Source: Peribolospora baueri
Lineage: Eukaryota
Reading direction: 5' to 3'
DNA: 60,325 nt
Assembly (NCBI GenBank): GCA_029717555.1
Contig: JAMDHS010000043.1
Location: forward strand, 124,001 to 184,325
A program made the position numbers and the translations under genes. Below, one piece after another: positions 10,636 to 23,900 of this stretch (the first letter of the stretch is position 1; the number at the start of each line of letters is the position of its first letter). The notes beneath the pieces are model-generated. The model made no database searches. It worked only from the letters and a program-made list of their open reading frames with translations, and was not told where the DNA came from.

Positions 10636-12964
10636 TCAGGCTGACGGCGCGAGCAAGCCGCGCACCCACTCGTAGGTGACGACTAATGGAACGAAATAGA
10701 GAATCGGAAACATGTCAGATAAGATCTCTACGCGGTGGGGCGGTGGGACGTCCACTCACAGCTCGTCCCAATGCTCGGAGCGACCTTGAGAAGGTTTGGC
10801 AACAGGCCACGGTACATCCCTCTCCAACCTTCGACACGCACGATGTTCCTCACCGCGTCGAAAGAGTTGTTGTACGAATAGCCGAGCTTGCTGGCGCCCA
10901 TTCCTATCACTTGCATCTTGCGTCTGCGACGATCGCGGACAGTGAAAGACCGGCACGAAAGTTGAGCGTACGAGATACAAGTTCGTCGTGAGACGCTGAA
11001 GCCAGCCGATTGGCTTGTTGGGCAGCTAACACAGTCGAAAAACCGAATCGAGGCGCTTACCTAAGTACGTCCAATGGATACGTGAGCGTCTGGCTGATGC
11101 TACCTGCCAATGCGCCGCACACGAGCTTGCGGATGGTTCCCGGTGACGACTCTCCAGGAGGTGTCAGACGTTTTCGGAAAGCCTCATAGGCGGCGAAGTT
11201 GATAGCTAATTGAGTCGAGGCGAGAGTCGTTGCAGGGAACGATCAGAAAGTGGACAAGCATGCGTGAGTTCACATCCCGTACTCCTGGGTGGCGGCGTCT
11301 ACGCCACGCTCATTACTAGAATGACGGTGGAAACAACTCACCAACATAAGGGGCTATTCATCAAAGTAGATACGAAAGGAGAGCGGTGTGAGAACAGCCA
11401 AGAGAGCTGATATGGCGGCGAGGGCGGCAAGCGAGCAAAGAGGGCGGACACGGCAGACGAGCGGATAGCCTTGACTCACCGACGCCCTACCAGAAAGAAA
11501 TAGGGAAGCACGAGAAAAAGGACGACAAGGAAAGAAAGGGAAGGAATACCACGTTATGGAAGAAAGGCAACGCTCTGCTCGGGCCAATGGAAGTGAATCG
11601 ATGTGCGCGTACTCACCGCGCTCGTCGGCCCGATGCCGCGATACAAAGCCCTGATACCTCCTTCCTCGCGATACACCTGGACCGTCATGGCCCACATGCC
11701 GGGCAGCTTCTTCTCCGCCTCTCTCCTCGCCGCCCTGCTGGCCTCGGCACTCAAGCTGACCGGAGCGTCGGGCTTTGTTCCAGCAGCGAGAGCCGACGAG
11801 AAAGAGGGCGCCGTGGAAAGAGAGGAGACGGTGCCCTGTTGCGCCTCTAAGAATAGCGAGGCGGACATGATGCTTAATCTGCTTCTGACAAGGTCAAGGG
11901 GATATGTGCATACGACGGAGCTGATGCCCGCCAGCGCGCCGGCCATCAAGCGGCGGCCCGTGTCGAGCTCGGCCCCGTCCGACGGGCGGAGGAGCTGCAA
12001 GAAAAAAGCGAGTGAAGCACGCAAATGACCGAAGAGAGGAACAAATAGGAACGCGTGTACATGTGAAACGAAGAGCTCTTCAGAATGGCAAGCCTTGGAA
12101 AGGACGAATAGAAGTGCGGGCGTATATGCCGGAGCGACTGCTTTTCGGCGCACACTCTACCACTCACCACCTTGAGGATCTCGTAGCTCGAAAATTGGAC
12201 GGCCGAATAGGGTATAATCCGGAGACAGTTGATGCCATTACCGCGCATGAAGCCCATGAAGCCTTCCTCACGATAAATCTTTATGAGGCCGGAGAGGACG
12301 CCTTGGTATGCCTGCTTGGGCCGGGTAGAGGGTGCAGCTGGGTGGCCCACCATTGGTGAGAACCGCTTGGGTGGTGGCTGCACTTGCCTGGAGGGACGCA
12401 CAAAGGTACATCAGTACCATTGCCTCGCCAAAGTGGCCGTAGCGGTGGGCGCGAGTCCAGCTTGCCCTACAGACGCTCAGGACCACCCACTCACATGATG
12501 ATCTTCAGCCTTTCCAGCGGGCTCACCACCGTCCGACTCGTCGCGCCGGCCGCTCCACCGGCGATAAAATAGGATATCAAGAAAGACCGATCGGGGAGTT
12601 GGTTCATCCTGCTCGTCTCCACCGTCGTCGTCGCCGCCGACGCCGGCGCCGCTTGGCCCTCCCCGCTCGCAGCACGACTTGGTGAGGAATCGGCCAACGG
12701 TGCCGGTGCCTGTTCCCATTTCTGTCGCTGCCGTTCGTGGCTCCCTTCCTCCCCTTCCAGCTCCTCTACCGCCTCCGCCGTCGCGCTCGGTCCCGCGTCG
12801 GCGCCTTGGGACGCGCCCGCCCTTCTACCTTTGGGGACAGCGTCGGTAGAGTCGGAAGAAGACGAAGATGTAGAGAGCGAGGAAAGCGGTGGAAGGCGCT
12901 TAAAGGAGGGAGAAGGGGGCGGGTGTAATGGCGGGGCCGAGGTTGGTGCGACAGCCGTGGTCAT
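10636..12964 (-). CDS. Mitochondrial carrier (SLC25), YPR011C/SLC25A42-like adenine-nucleotide-derivative transporter
   Basis: Three carrier repeats: FIAGGAAGATSRTVVSPLERLKI, MAGALAGISSVVCTYPLDLVRSRL, CGALAGSISQTLTYPLDVLRRKMQ; also RGNGINCLRIIPYSAVQFSSYE and PNLLKVAPSIGTSFVTYE. Stop at 10636. Confidence 0.93.
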
Positions 12965-14879
12965 GCTGGGCCGGTGTAAGTCAGGTGAGCAAGGGAACGT
13001 GGGGATAAAAGTCTTCTAAGCCGTCCGAAGCGTTGGATGATAGCAGGGAGAGGGACCTCCTCCAAACGAAGCAAGGGGATGAGTCGGTGGGAGGACTGAA
13101 TGAAAACGAAGAGGGAGAACAACGACAGCTAAAAGTGCCTGTCCTTAGAGAGATGATGTTCTGCCGGCGGAGGAAGACAGAGCGGGGAAAGAGGGGCTGG
13201 GACGGCGCAAGGCGGTGGTTGGCTATGAGACGGAGGGAGGTATCGGCGCCGGAAAGGCGGTCATCGTCACGATAGGGCCGACGAAGGGAGTCGTCGAGTC
13301 GAGTGCAAGTTCCATCTCAACCCAACCAAACCCATCGAATCTCGTCTTTTGCTCCTCTTCGCCGTTCTCGGGCCATCACGGTTGCAAAGCACGTTGCTTA
13401 CTGCGGCAGCTCCTCCGCCGGAGGCAAGATTTCACGTAACCCTTTACCCGCCAGGCACAGACGGGACGGACAGAGAAGCGACAGGCGGCGGACGATGGAA
13501 CAGCTTGCCGGCCTCCGCTCAAGGCGGCGGACTGGCTGGCTGTCCGTTGCCTATCCGGACCTCTGATGGGATTCCGACCAGTTTGCGTGCGTCTGGTAAC
13601 TCGGCGTCATGCGAATCTGACCAGAGACGATCAACAGCCACTACCGACCCAAGAGGACGAGAGAGCGGCGGCGGCGAGTGGACGAGGCGAGGCCAAGGAT
13701 CACGTGAATCTGTTCTCCTTGGCCCATTCCGATGGCCGTTCTATCGCCGTTCTCGCTCTTCTCTTTCGCAAGCGTCTGTTCTCCCGATGCTCGCGCCGCC
13801 TCATCGAGAATGTCGCCGTGTAACGTGAAGAAGGAGCGAGGCGCCAAAGGGCGAAGAGATTTTGCTGTGGAGGGCGCTGTTCGCGCAAGGCCTGCGGTTC
13901 GACTGATTCCATGCGCGGCGGATAGGGAGAGCGTTCGTCCCAGCTGCGTGCCTTCACAGATGCCCGTCACAACATCCGATAGGGACGGACACCTGACATG
14001 ATGGCGGGCTACATATTCGAGGCCATGACTTCCTTCGTCGTCAGCGAGCGATCTGTGCCTTCCACCTCGGCGCGGTCGGCGACGTACCATCGACGGCAAC
14101 GCCGCAGCGGATGGGAGAGCGTCCTCAAACCAGGCATGTCTGTATTCACGTCGACCAACTGCAAAGCCTCCTCCTACTCAGACGGGGGGCGGAAGAGCCA
14201 GAGAAGGACGAGGATGCTGGAGAGGCCGTCGCCATTGTCGTCATCGTCACTTCCGGTATCGTTCGTGAGAGAAGATGGAGAGCGGCGACTTGCCAACGTC
14301 TTCGCCGGCGCAGGTGGAGTCTCGCGTGAGTTTCTCCGCCCCACGCTCACGGGAAATGCCCCCGTCGCAGCGCCGACATTAGACAGTGACATCTCATGAC
14401 GTCTTTCCAGGATGCCGGTGACGCTCAGATCCCTACGGACGCGGAGTCAACCATAAGCGATACGCCTGCTCAAGTTAGCTCAGATGGGCCAGGTATGCCT
14501 CCGCCAGTCGCCTTCTAATCTTTGCTCTAAACTTTCTGCGTTCTTTCTACGAGAAAAAGGTAAAATGCTAATCCACAGCACGAAGCCATCGGAGCACCCG
14601 CTCGGACAGCGCTAGAGCACGGGGGAATACTTCGCAGTGGGAGCAAGTCAAGCGCGCCGCCGTCCAGTTCGTCATGAACGACGACTTTGGCTGTCAGCGG
14701 CCTTACAAGTCTCCGAGCATACTCTTAAATTTCGCGGCATGACGAGGATTACGGGCTTGAAGAGAGGGTAGCGGACTACGTTCACTACCGTCGTCTCTAC
14801 GCCTTCTGTACCTCGAGTGAAGGAGAATCTGCCGTAGCCTTCCTCAAGTCCCTGGTTGTAGAGTCGGCTTTAAATCAGT

Positions 14880-16347
14880 CGGTCAGTAAGAGATGCTGTG
14901 CGGACGAGCCAGAGAGAAACCGTCCAAAGGCACCAGCGAGGGCAACAGGCGATGGAAACGCCTTGCTGTCCGCGCCATTAGGATCGACGGTCGTGAATCC
15001 TCGAGCGACATTTATTCTTCAAAGCCATGCACCTCAGGCTTCGGCACCGCTCAGTGGGCACCAGAGCTGAACGATGACATCATGTGGGAGGTGCCGACAA
15101 ATGGCAAGCCTCGAGCTGAAAAGCCGTATCCTGGGCCCGACTAGCATTACTCATGGAAAGGAAAGACTGCTCAATCTGCTCCGCGCTCATAGATGCCGCG
15201 TACCGGTGGTCTTGATCGGCAGCACGACGCGAGGCGGGAGCAGGTTGGAGGGCGCCCAGCTCGTTCGGACACGCGTACGCCGTCCTTGACTGGTTTCATG
15301 TGACACACGCTTGGGTGAGTAAAACTCGAATTTGGGTCCTCACAGAGAAGTATCTGATAGCGTCTTTTGTCCGTCCCGTTCCAGCCAGAGCTCGACGCTT
15401 CGCGCAAAACGAAGCCGTGGACGTGACCTCGTCCAAATGGCGCTTCCGCTTTGAGCGGCTTCTATCCAAGGCGATCCTTGGTTCCTTCCGAACGAACGTA
15501 GTCAGAAGTTCTGTGACGAAAAACGTACCTAGGCCGCGGACGGACTATGTTTTGCACTGTGGTGTGGCAAGTGCGAAAGGCGATGTGGTCAATACGAACA
15601 AGTGGTCTTACGGACCGACCCCGTTCTCCCCTACTGGCAAGGAACGAGTAACAGGATGTGAGTAGGTGTTGTCGTCAAGTCTGGCCACTTCACACCACTC
15701 ACGGACGTTCGCCGCCGCCGCCGTCCGTCATCCAGCCACAGAGGTCTCTCCAGCGTGGGATCGGTATGCTCAACGTACCAAACCAGCTCGGGCTCGAATG
15801 TACGCGGAGGGATGGACATGTTTGAATGAGACTTGCTCGCAGTTTTTTGCGGTCAAGTTGCGTTCTGTCGACTCGCCCTCCTATCGCTGTTCGCTGAGCG
15901 AGGGCTGTCGGAGCGGTTTGGGTGGCTGAAGTGGATTTGACAGAGTTACGAGGTGAGCATCGGAGGAGGAAGAACAGAAGGAGTTCTAAGGGCCCGCCCG
16001 CCTGGGTGATGGCTGCTTGTCTTGTCTTTCTGCTCCAGCATCGTCAACTTGCGCTTCGTCGGTCCGACGGGGCCGTGGCGGGGATGTACCGCTTTCCCCT
16101 ACCAGGCCATTTAGGAGGGGTGCCGTGGCGGCCAAGCCTTCATCACGTCCTGTGCCATGCGGGATCGCGGTTGCGAAAATTGAACGAGACGGTGGCCATT
16201 GCCGGCATGAGGTCTGAGCATGATGTCCGTTATGGACGTCCAGATGGCCGTGCTTCTCCGTCGTTGTCGTCGGTGCGGTTAAAGAGGAGCTCTCCGTTGG
16301 CCGTCAAGTCGCGTACGGTGAGGGGTCCGAGCCGAGAGCGTCGCTAG
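14880..16347 (+). pseudogene. Decayed member of the fungal SRA/SAD-like + Cys-cluster (AlkB/2OG-oxygenase-associated) family
   Basis: Fragments in three frames: LLNLLRAHRCRVPVVLIG, AYAVLDWFHVTHAW, KWRFRFERL, MYAEGWTCLNETCSQFF. Frame changes near 15120 and 15260 lack splice signals. No AlkB HxD domain follows. Confidence 0.5.
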
Positions 16348-17332
16348 ATTCAGTCTTGGTTTACCCTTCTCTGTTCGTTTTTGTCCTTGCGCCCGGCTCG
16401 CCGAGGTGGAAGTTCGAGAGCTGTGCTGGCCGCTGTGTGTGAGGCAGCGTTGACGTGCGGATGTGTACGAGTGTTCGGTGCCGGTGGAGGAGCGAGTGAG
16501 GTGTGAGAATGGATGAGTTGGCGTCGGCGAAGGGGATGTGTTCGTTGTGGTTGTGGTTGTCCTCGCTCGCCTTGTTCTCGCTCTACTACTGTACTACTGT
16601 TCACCGCCGACGGACCTGATCAGATCAGGTGGACTCACCCAGCTCACCGGCCCGGACGATCGATGCGGTCGGACGGCGGTGCGGCTGTTAATGATGATTA
16701 GAGCGGCGCAATTGGCTAATTAAGCCTTTCGTTATGCACTTAACTTGGCTAATTATGTCTCTCCTTATCCACTTTCCATCTCTCCGCCTCGCCCACTCCT
16801 TGGCTTGCCTCGCCTCTCCTCGCTCGCTCCTCCTCTCCGCTCCGCCTCCTCCGCCTCCGCCGCTCAACTTCGGCTGTCGTCGCCTCGACCGACGCGTTCG
16901 CCTCGGCGCCTTTGTTTGTTCAACGTCGGCGTCGTCGTCGTCGCCCGACGCCGCCTTCCTTCCCCTAACCCTTTCTTGCCTTCGTCCACATCACCTTGCC
17001 GCCCGCCATCGCCTCGCCCACGACTGACGACCAGACCAGACCAGCACCAGCCAGCGAGCAGCCGCACCCTAACTCGCACTCGCACCCCGCAACGGCAACG
17101 GCAACCGGCGCGCCCTCGACCTTGCACACTCCCGGCTCCCTCGCATATACATATGCGCACAGACGTACATATCTACATGACCTGACCACCCCGTCGTCGT
17201 CGTCGCTCTCCCACGCACCCTCTCACACGCACCCGCGTCCGCACCGCTCGCCCAAACGGACGGCGAGGACGAGCGACGAAAGGAAACGAACGAAGGAGAA
17301 GACGGAGAAGAAGAAGAAGAAGAAAGGTCGCC

Positions 17333-17824
17333 ATGCTCCGACGCAACAAAGCGCCGCCCGCTCGCAAGGACAGCGCAGGCGGTGGTGGCCAGCCGCCGCC
17401 AACCTCGACCTCGGCGTCGCACTCGCCCTCGTCGCCCATATATACCCATCACCACGCCGACGCGCTCGCCTCCTCCCCTTCCCTCCTCTCCATGCACCCT
17501 CCCCAACAGGCCTACTACCCTCCCTCTTCCCCTTATTCCCCCTCCGCCGCATCCCGTCCTCCAGACAACACCGCCGTCCACTATCACCAACGCGCCAGCC
17601 CCAGCAGCTCCTCTGGCTCCCAGCAAGCCTACTCCGCCGGCCACTCCCAGAGCCAGGCCTACGGCGCCCCTTCCACCGATGCCCAGAGGAGGCCCTACGC
17701 CGGCCCCAGCGCGAGCTCCAGCATGTTCGACCTCTCCAGCCCGTCCACTGCCTCGCCGCCCGCTCCGTACGGCGGACAGATGGCCGCGCCCACCGGCCTG
17801 CCGCCGCGCTTGCAGCAGAGGCCT

Positions 17825-17862
<38 letters not shown>

Positions 17863-20800
17863 ACAGCAGCAGCAGTCGCAGCAACTACAACCACAACAGC
17901 TCCTAGGCCGCCCACAGCGAGGCCTCGACAATCACCCCCTGCCTAAGAGCCAGTCCGCCCTGTCCGCCCTCTTCGCAAGGGCCAAGGCGCCTTTCTCCGC
18001 CTCTTCCTCTTCCTCTTCCTCGTCCGCCCGACCCTCGGCGACCGTGCCTGCCACCTCTGACAGCCATCCTTACCGGCAATCTGTCCAACAGCAACGACAG
18101 CAACAACAGCAACAGCAACAGTACGCTCCCTCGTACAACGCCGGCATGCCGATCAACAGGAGTCGAAGCAACACTGGTGCCAGTACCGCCACGTTTGCCA
18201 GCACGACGACTTCCAGCACCGTCTATCCCTACGGCGCCATACGGTCCGAAACCCCCACTAGCCCCAAAGGCCCTCAGCAACCGCAACGCGAACGCATCAG
18301 GGCCGGCGACCAGCAGCGTCCTACGGACCACGCGCGCCAACCCCAGCCCTCGTCGGGTCGCCAGCTCCTGTTCCCGCCCGCCAGCGCAGTGCCGACGCCC
18401 GGCAGCCCCTCCCAACTCTTCTCCGAGGTCTCCCCTGAACCTTCGCCCACCTCGACACCGCCGCTCCCGTCTCCCACGCCGTCGACGAAACATCGCAAGA
18501 GCGTTTTCTCCTCTCGCGAGCGTAAGGGCTCTGCCGCCTCCATGTCCAGTCGCTCCCTGCACGCGTCCGAGGGTGCCGAGCGCGGCGGCGGTTTCGGCCT
18601 CGGCCGGCTCCTCCCCCACCGTTCCGTCTCGGGCGACATGCACCCGCTCGGTAAAGGCTCCAATGCCAACTTGACCATCAGCATGGGCATCCACGGAGGC
18701 TCGCACCTCAGTAAGAGCACCACCAACTTGGCCGCCTACAGCACCTCCTCCTCCCCCTCGTCTCCCATCTCCGCACCACCGTCTCCGTTCAGTTCCGCAC
18801 TCGGCCCTTCGCCCCCTATCCGTGCCAGCACGAGCCACGGCGACCTTTTCATCCCTCCCAGCGACGCTCCGCCCAGCCCGAGTCTCGCTGCCAACGCCAC
18901 CTATACCCACCACCAATGGCGTACCCACAGGCACCTTCCCTCCACCCATTCCCTTCATCCCTACGCCGGCCGCGACCAAGTGGTCACGCCGCTCGTACAG
19001 CAACGTCGCCCTTCGGAGCCGCTCATGCCTTCGCCTCTCCAAATCCCCAACCCCCGCTCCGTCCAGCCCGCTTCGGCGGGCGACGCTGACCAACTTGTCG
19101 TCGTCTCTCCCACCTCCCCTCGCCCGAGACCGCCCAGGTCTGCCTCTCCTGGTGGCGGCAGGGGCTTGGGACAGAGCCCACATCGGGACGCGTTCGCGTA
19201 CGCCGAGGGCGGCGCCGGCGCCGCGCTCATTGGCGCCGTCGGTCTCAAGCGCGGCACGGGCGGCATGGACACCCTCAAGAGCTCCGGACACCCCTTCAGT
19301 CGGAGCATGGACGATCTGTCTTCGATGTTGAACGACACGAACAAGGACGATGCGATGAGAGAGATGAAGAGGCTCTACGAGGAGGTCGGCAACGTCACCC
19401 TCAGGACTGAAAGTCCCGAAAGCATTCCCGTCTTGCTCGACCAGAGCGCCGACGGGGGCGCGAGGGGCCATGCGCACTCCCGATCCACGCCTCCCACTGC
19501 CATCGACCGTGGTGCCGCACAACCGACGCCCGCCGTCATTCCAAGTGCGGCCGAGATGGCCAACGGCAAAGCGTCGCTGCCCTCATCGCCTCGCGCGCCG
19601 GAATTGGACTACCAACCCCGGGACGACCAGCAGCGTGCTTCGCCCGGCCGCCATCAACACGGCCGCAAACCCAGCAAGGCGCCGTCTCATCGCTCCACCT
19701 CATCCACCGGCTCCGCCGTCAGCTCAGGCCAAGGCGGCTCCATGGGCCCCTTCGCCGGCGTGCCCGCTTTCCTCGTCGAGGCCAGTCAGCACCCCCTCCC
19801 ACCCAGCCCTCAGCTGGCTGCCAATCGTCAGCGTAGCGCCACGGCGTCCGTCGTAACTGGCGGTGGTGGCGCTAAGGTGACCGGCTTGGGGATCAGGGAC
19901 GCGCCCGCACTGCAGGAGCCGAACGCGGCGGCACCCCCCTCAGCGACAGGAGCAGCGGGAGGAGGAGGGGCTGGGAAGAAGAAGCATGGGAGGGGCGCGA
20001 GCTTGCACCACCTCCACGCCGGCTTGGTCAGCCTCTTTGGAGGCGCACATGGCCACGCCCCTTCGTTCTCTGTTTCTTCCTCCTCCGCGTTCAGCCCCTC
20101 TTCGTCGGACGCCGTGCCAGCTCTGCCCACCACGGGTATCAACATGGTTGCCGTCAACGCCCAACATGGCGCTGGTGGATCAGCCGGTTCGTCGTCTAAT
20201 CGCCTCACGGATCCGAGGAGGCACTCGACCTTTGTGGTTACATACCAAGGTTTCCTCTTGCGCAACACCTCCTTCTCCCCTTCCTCGTCCCTCACCTTGC
20301 CGTCGGCTCCGGGAGGAGCAATCGCCGGCGACCCTCCCAGCGGCCTGTCCGTCGCCCTAGTGAACCCGGCCGTGGCGGACGCGGCGGTGTCCAAGGGCAG
20401 CTGGAAACCGTTCAAAGTCGTTCTCCGCGGCACCAAGCTCTACTTTCACAAGGTCGGAGGAGACCTCGGAAGAGAGGTGGCGACGCTGTTCAATAATGAC
20501 TCGTCGCCGTCCGCTCTTGCGACTGCCAGAGCGGTCGCTGTCGCCGTCGGAGGCGGAAGCGGAAGCGGTAGTGGAGGCGGGCACTCGCAGCCGTCCCCAT
20601 ATCCACACCCGTATGGCCGGGACACGGGTTCGCCACCGTTGCCTCAGGACCTTTTGAAGCGGGGACCGGCGGGGACGACAAGGGAAGAGCTGTTGCGCGC
20701 CATGTCTGCCTCGCCTCCTCTGTCCTCCTCCTCCAAGCCCAGGGATTCCTTCTCCAACCACTCTTCTGCGTCCGCATCCGTGTCAGCCAGCGGCCCAACA

Positions 20801-20901
20801 AATGGTCCCCGGAGGAGGGCCTCCCAGTGGAGAACGACGGCTGCCTCGTTGCCGGCCGCCGTCGAAACGGACTTGCCAGCGGCGGATGCGACCGTCAAGC
20901 A

Positions 20902-20936
<35 letters not shown>

Positions 20937-23900
20937 CTTGGGTTGGCAGAGGACCGCATCCCGAGCTTGTCATCGCGCCCTTGCCATCCTTGTCTGAGCC
21001 AGAGTGGTCAGGTGCGGACGGCGATGGCGACGATCATGGAGTTAGAGATGGAGATGGAGATGGAGACGGAGATGTCGTCGCGGCGGATGGCGACGCCACT
21101 GCACCCGGGTCGAAGAGGACAACGTGGTTGGAGAAGGTGCGAGGAGGGACGATCCCCGCGTTGGCGCACGAGCTCGTCTTCGCTACGCAATTGGACGTCC
21201 TCGACGAGTCTGGCGTGAGAAGCGAGTCTCCCGCCTCTCCGTCCCCGGCGTCCGTCGGGACAGGTGGCACGCATTTGGGATCCGCACTGGACGAAGAGGT
21301 GGATGCGTTCGTCAAGCCGGTCATTGGCGCTGCCGTCCTGCGTCCTAGCGTGGGCGTCCCGGCGCTTGTCGAAGAGGTGCAGAGGAATGTCCGGCTTGCG
21401 CTATCTAAGGACGAAAACGCCGACGTCGCCGCCGCCACCGCCGTGGACAAGGCTCGCTTGGCGCAGAGGCTGCGCAGCTTTGTCGTTACCCTTCTTCGCC
21501 AGCTTCCACGATCTTGCCGACGCGACGAGATCCGAGCGAGCCTCGTCGACTCGCTTAAGGCGACGCATGATGGCCTCGTCGCGTCTGCCGAACAGGCCGG
21601 CTCGCACCTCATCTCCCTACTCGAACAGACGCCCCCCGTGGAGCTGTCGCAGACAGACTTTTCCGCCGCTCCTCAGCCTTCCAAATCGAACCGCCCGGAA
21701 ATGGACGCCCTCCGTCACAAAGGCCTCACCCCCGCCTTGTTTCTTAGTCTCGACCCAGCCGAGATCGCGGGCCAAGTGACGGCCTTCCACGCCGACCGAC
21801 TCAAGGTCTTCTCTTCCATGTCTACTCCCTTTTCCTTCCTCGCTCGCCTCAGCGACCCTGACAACCAGTCTGCCACGTCCGCCTTTGCGTTCTCGCCTCT
21901 CGTCCCACATCCCCTCACCCGACTCATCTTGCAGCAGCTCCTTCTCACTCCGGCTCCTCACCCCCGCCATACCCCGCCGCCGTCCGCTCGGGCACCTCTC
22001 TTGTCTCGGTGGATCCGCGTCGGCGAAGCGCTGCGCACGTCGGGTGACGCTGCCGGCTGGCTCGCCGTCGCCACTGCAGTGTGTTGTCGCGCCATCGCTC
22101 GCCTGTACGACACGTGGGCGATGATCGAAGAGGAGGAGATGCGGACGGTGGTAGAGGTGTGGATCACAGAGTTGGCCAGGCTAGGACTCTCGGAGTGCGA
22201 GGATACTAGCGTGAGGGAACTCGTTCTCGGGGCGCCTGATGGAAGGCCCTGCGTGCCTTTTCTGGGCACCCTCATCGACGATGTGATCAAGGTCCTCGAC
22301 GGCGGGGACGACGGGCAGTCGATCGTGCTCGCCAAGGTGGCAGAGGCCGAGGGCCGCGTCGGAGACGTGCTCGACAAATGTCGTGCCGCTAGGTCGTTCG
22401 CTGCACCCGCGTCGGCGACGACGGCCGAACCCGTACACGAGTATCAGGCCTTCTTCCAGGCCCTCTTTTCTCATCCAGCCGGGCCCGAGTCTGCCGTGCC
22501 GTCCTTCCTCCAGCCGTCGCTCCAAGTCGAGCCTAAGAAGCTCGGCAACGTCGATCTGAGCCTCCGGCCGCTGGAACAGCCGCTTGCGCGCGCCACCGCC
22601 AACCTGCCCCTCGTCTTTTCCGAGACCCTGCCCTACCTCTCTTTCGTCGAGCGGGACGATAAGGAATTGGCGGCGCTTGGTATCGTGAGGAAAGACAAAG
22701 GCGGCGACCGGCAGACTGGACAAGACAGGTTCATGTTCGTCCTCGGTGCTTTGGCCAGGGCGAGCGGCTCAACAGCTCGATCTATGCTCGCTTCTTCTTC
22801 CTCTGCACCTTCGGATGAGCTCTTGGTTCGCGTGGCTGACGGAGAGCTCGTCCTGCACGTCATCTCCGAGTCCGTTCGCAATTCGGTCACGCCGTCTCGG
22901 AGTGCCAGTCGACGATTCAGCCAACTGTCTGACCTGTCCCGCAAGACCGGATCTTCGGCTAAACGTAGCAGCGCGCCTCCCTCTCATCGAAGCTCGTTTA
23001 CGCCCGGCGAGCGTCGATCCAGCGCCGACGTGCATCGCCGGGAGGCGACCACCCACGAAGATGATGGCGGAGGTAGCGGCGGCGAGACGTTGACCGTCGC
23101 CGTCAAGGCGGGCACGTTGGAGCGGCTCGTCGATTGTCTCGTTCTCGGTGTCGGACAGCTGCAAGCCTCTACGGCTGACGACATTGGTCACCTTCCACCC
23201 GCCGTCTTGCGCAAAAAGCGCTTGTCCCTCGATCTCGACGAGTACCGATCCGCCTTTCTCTCCACTTATCGCACATTTTGCGATCCCCTCGTCCTCTTCG
23301 AACTGCTTAAGAAGCGCTACACGGGAGCCAGCGGTGCGGCCAAGGAGCTCAAGGCCGCACAGGAGTTTGGCGTTAAAGGCTCGAATAGGTACCCCGCTTG
23401 GTTGCCGACCTCGGACGACGCGGAAGGCCCGGATTTGACGGTCGCTTGGGCCATCCGACGTTCCATCCTCGCCATCCTTCATCGATGGATCTCTGAGCAC
23501 CCGGCGGACTTTCGGGACTTTGCAGACCTGCACGATTCCATGTTCACTTTCCTTGATCAGGTGATTGCCGCCGCCGCCACCGCTACCGGGAAGGATGAAC
23601 GGAGGAGCGGACAGGTCTCGGTGCAAGAGGGTGCCGAAATTCGGCTGACGCTCGTCTTGCAACTGCTCCGGCCCAGCGTGCGCGTTCCCGAGGCGCGGGA
23701 GACCGGCGCACGGAGTGGGCTCGATGAGGCCGCTCTAGAGACTCTCAGCCTTTCATCCACCTCCGCCGAGGAGATCATTCGGGCGTTAGAGCCAGCTACC
23801 CGTGCGTGTCGGGCGGAGATCAATCGCACTGATCTACTCGCTGCCGCCGAGGTGCTATATACCCAGTCCGTTGACCTTTTGGGCTGGTTCCCCACTCGAA

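Noticed and set aside
13300..14880. Intact gene between the carrier and the SRA-like relic
   Set aside because: All six frames are interrupted and no consistent exon chain or motif could be built.
16612..16758. CCTGATCAGATCAGG palindrome, ATGATGA and duplicated TTGGCTAATTA
   Set aside because: No box D partner or rRNA guide; at most ordinary promoter (CCAAT-like) elements of the BEM2-like gene.
17825..20935. CAG/CAA repeat tracts
   Set aside because: Ordinary polyQ coding repeats in a disordered region.
17903..23662. Long minus-strand ORFs (539, 297 aa and others)
   Set aside because: Antisense shadows of the BEM2-like first exon.
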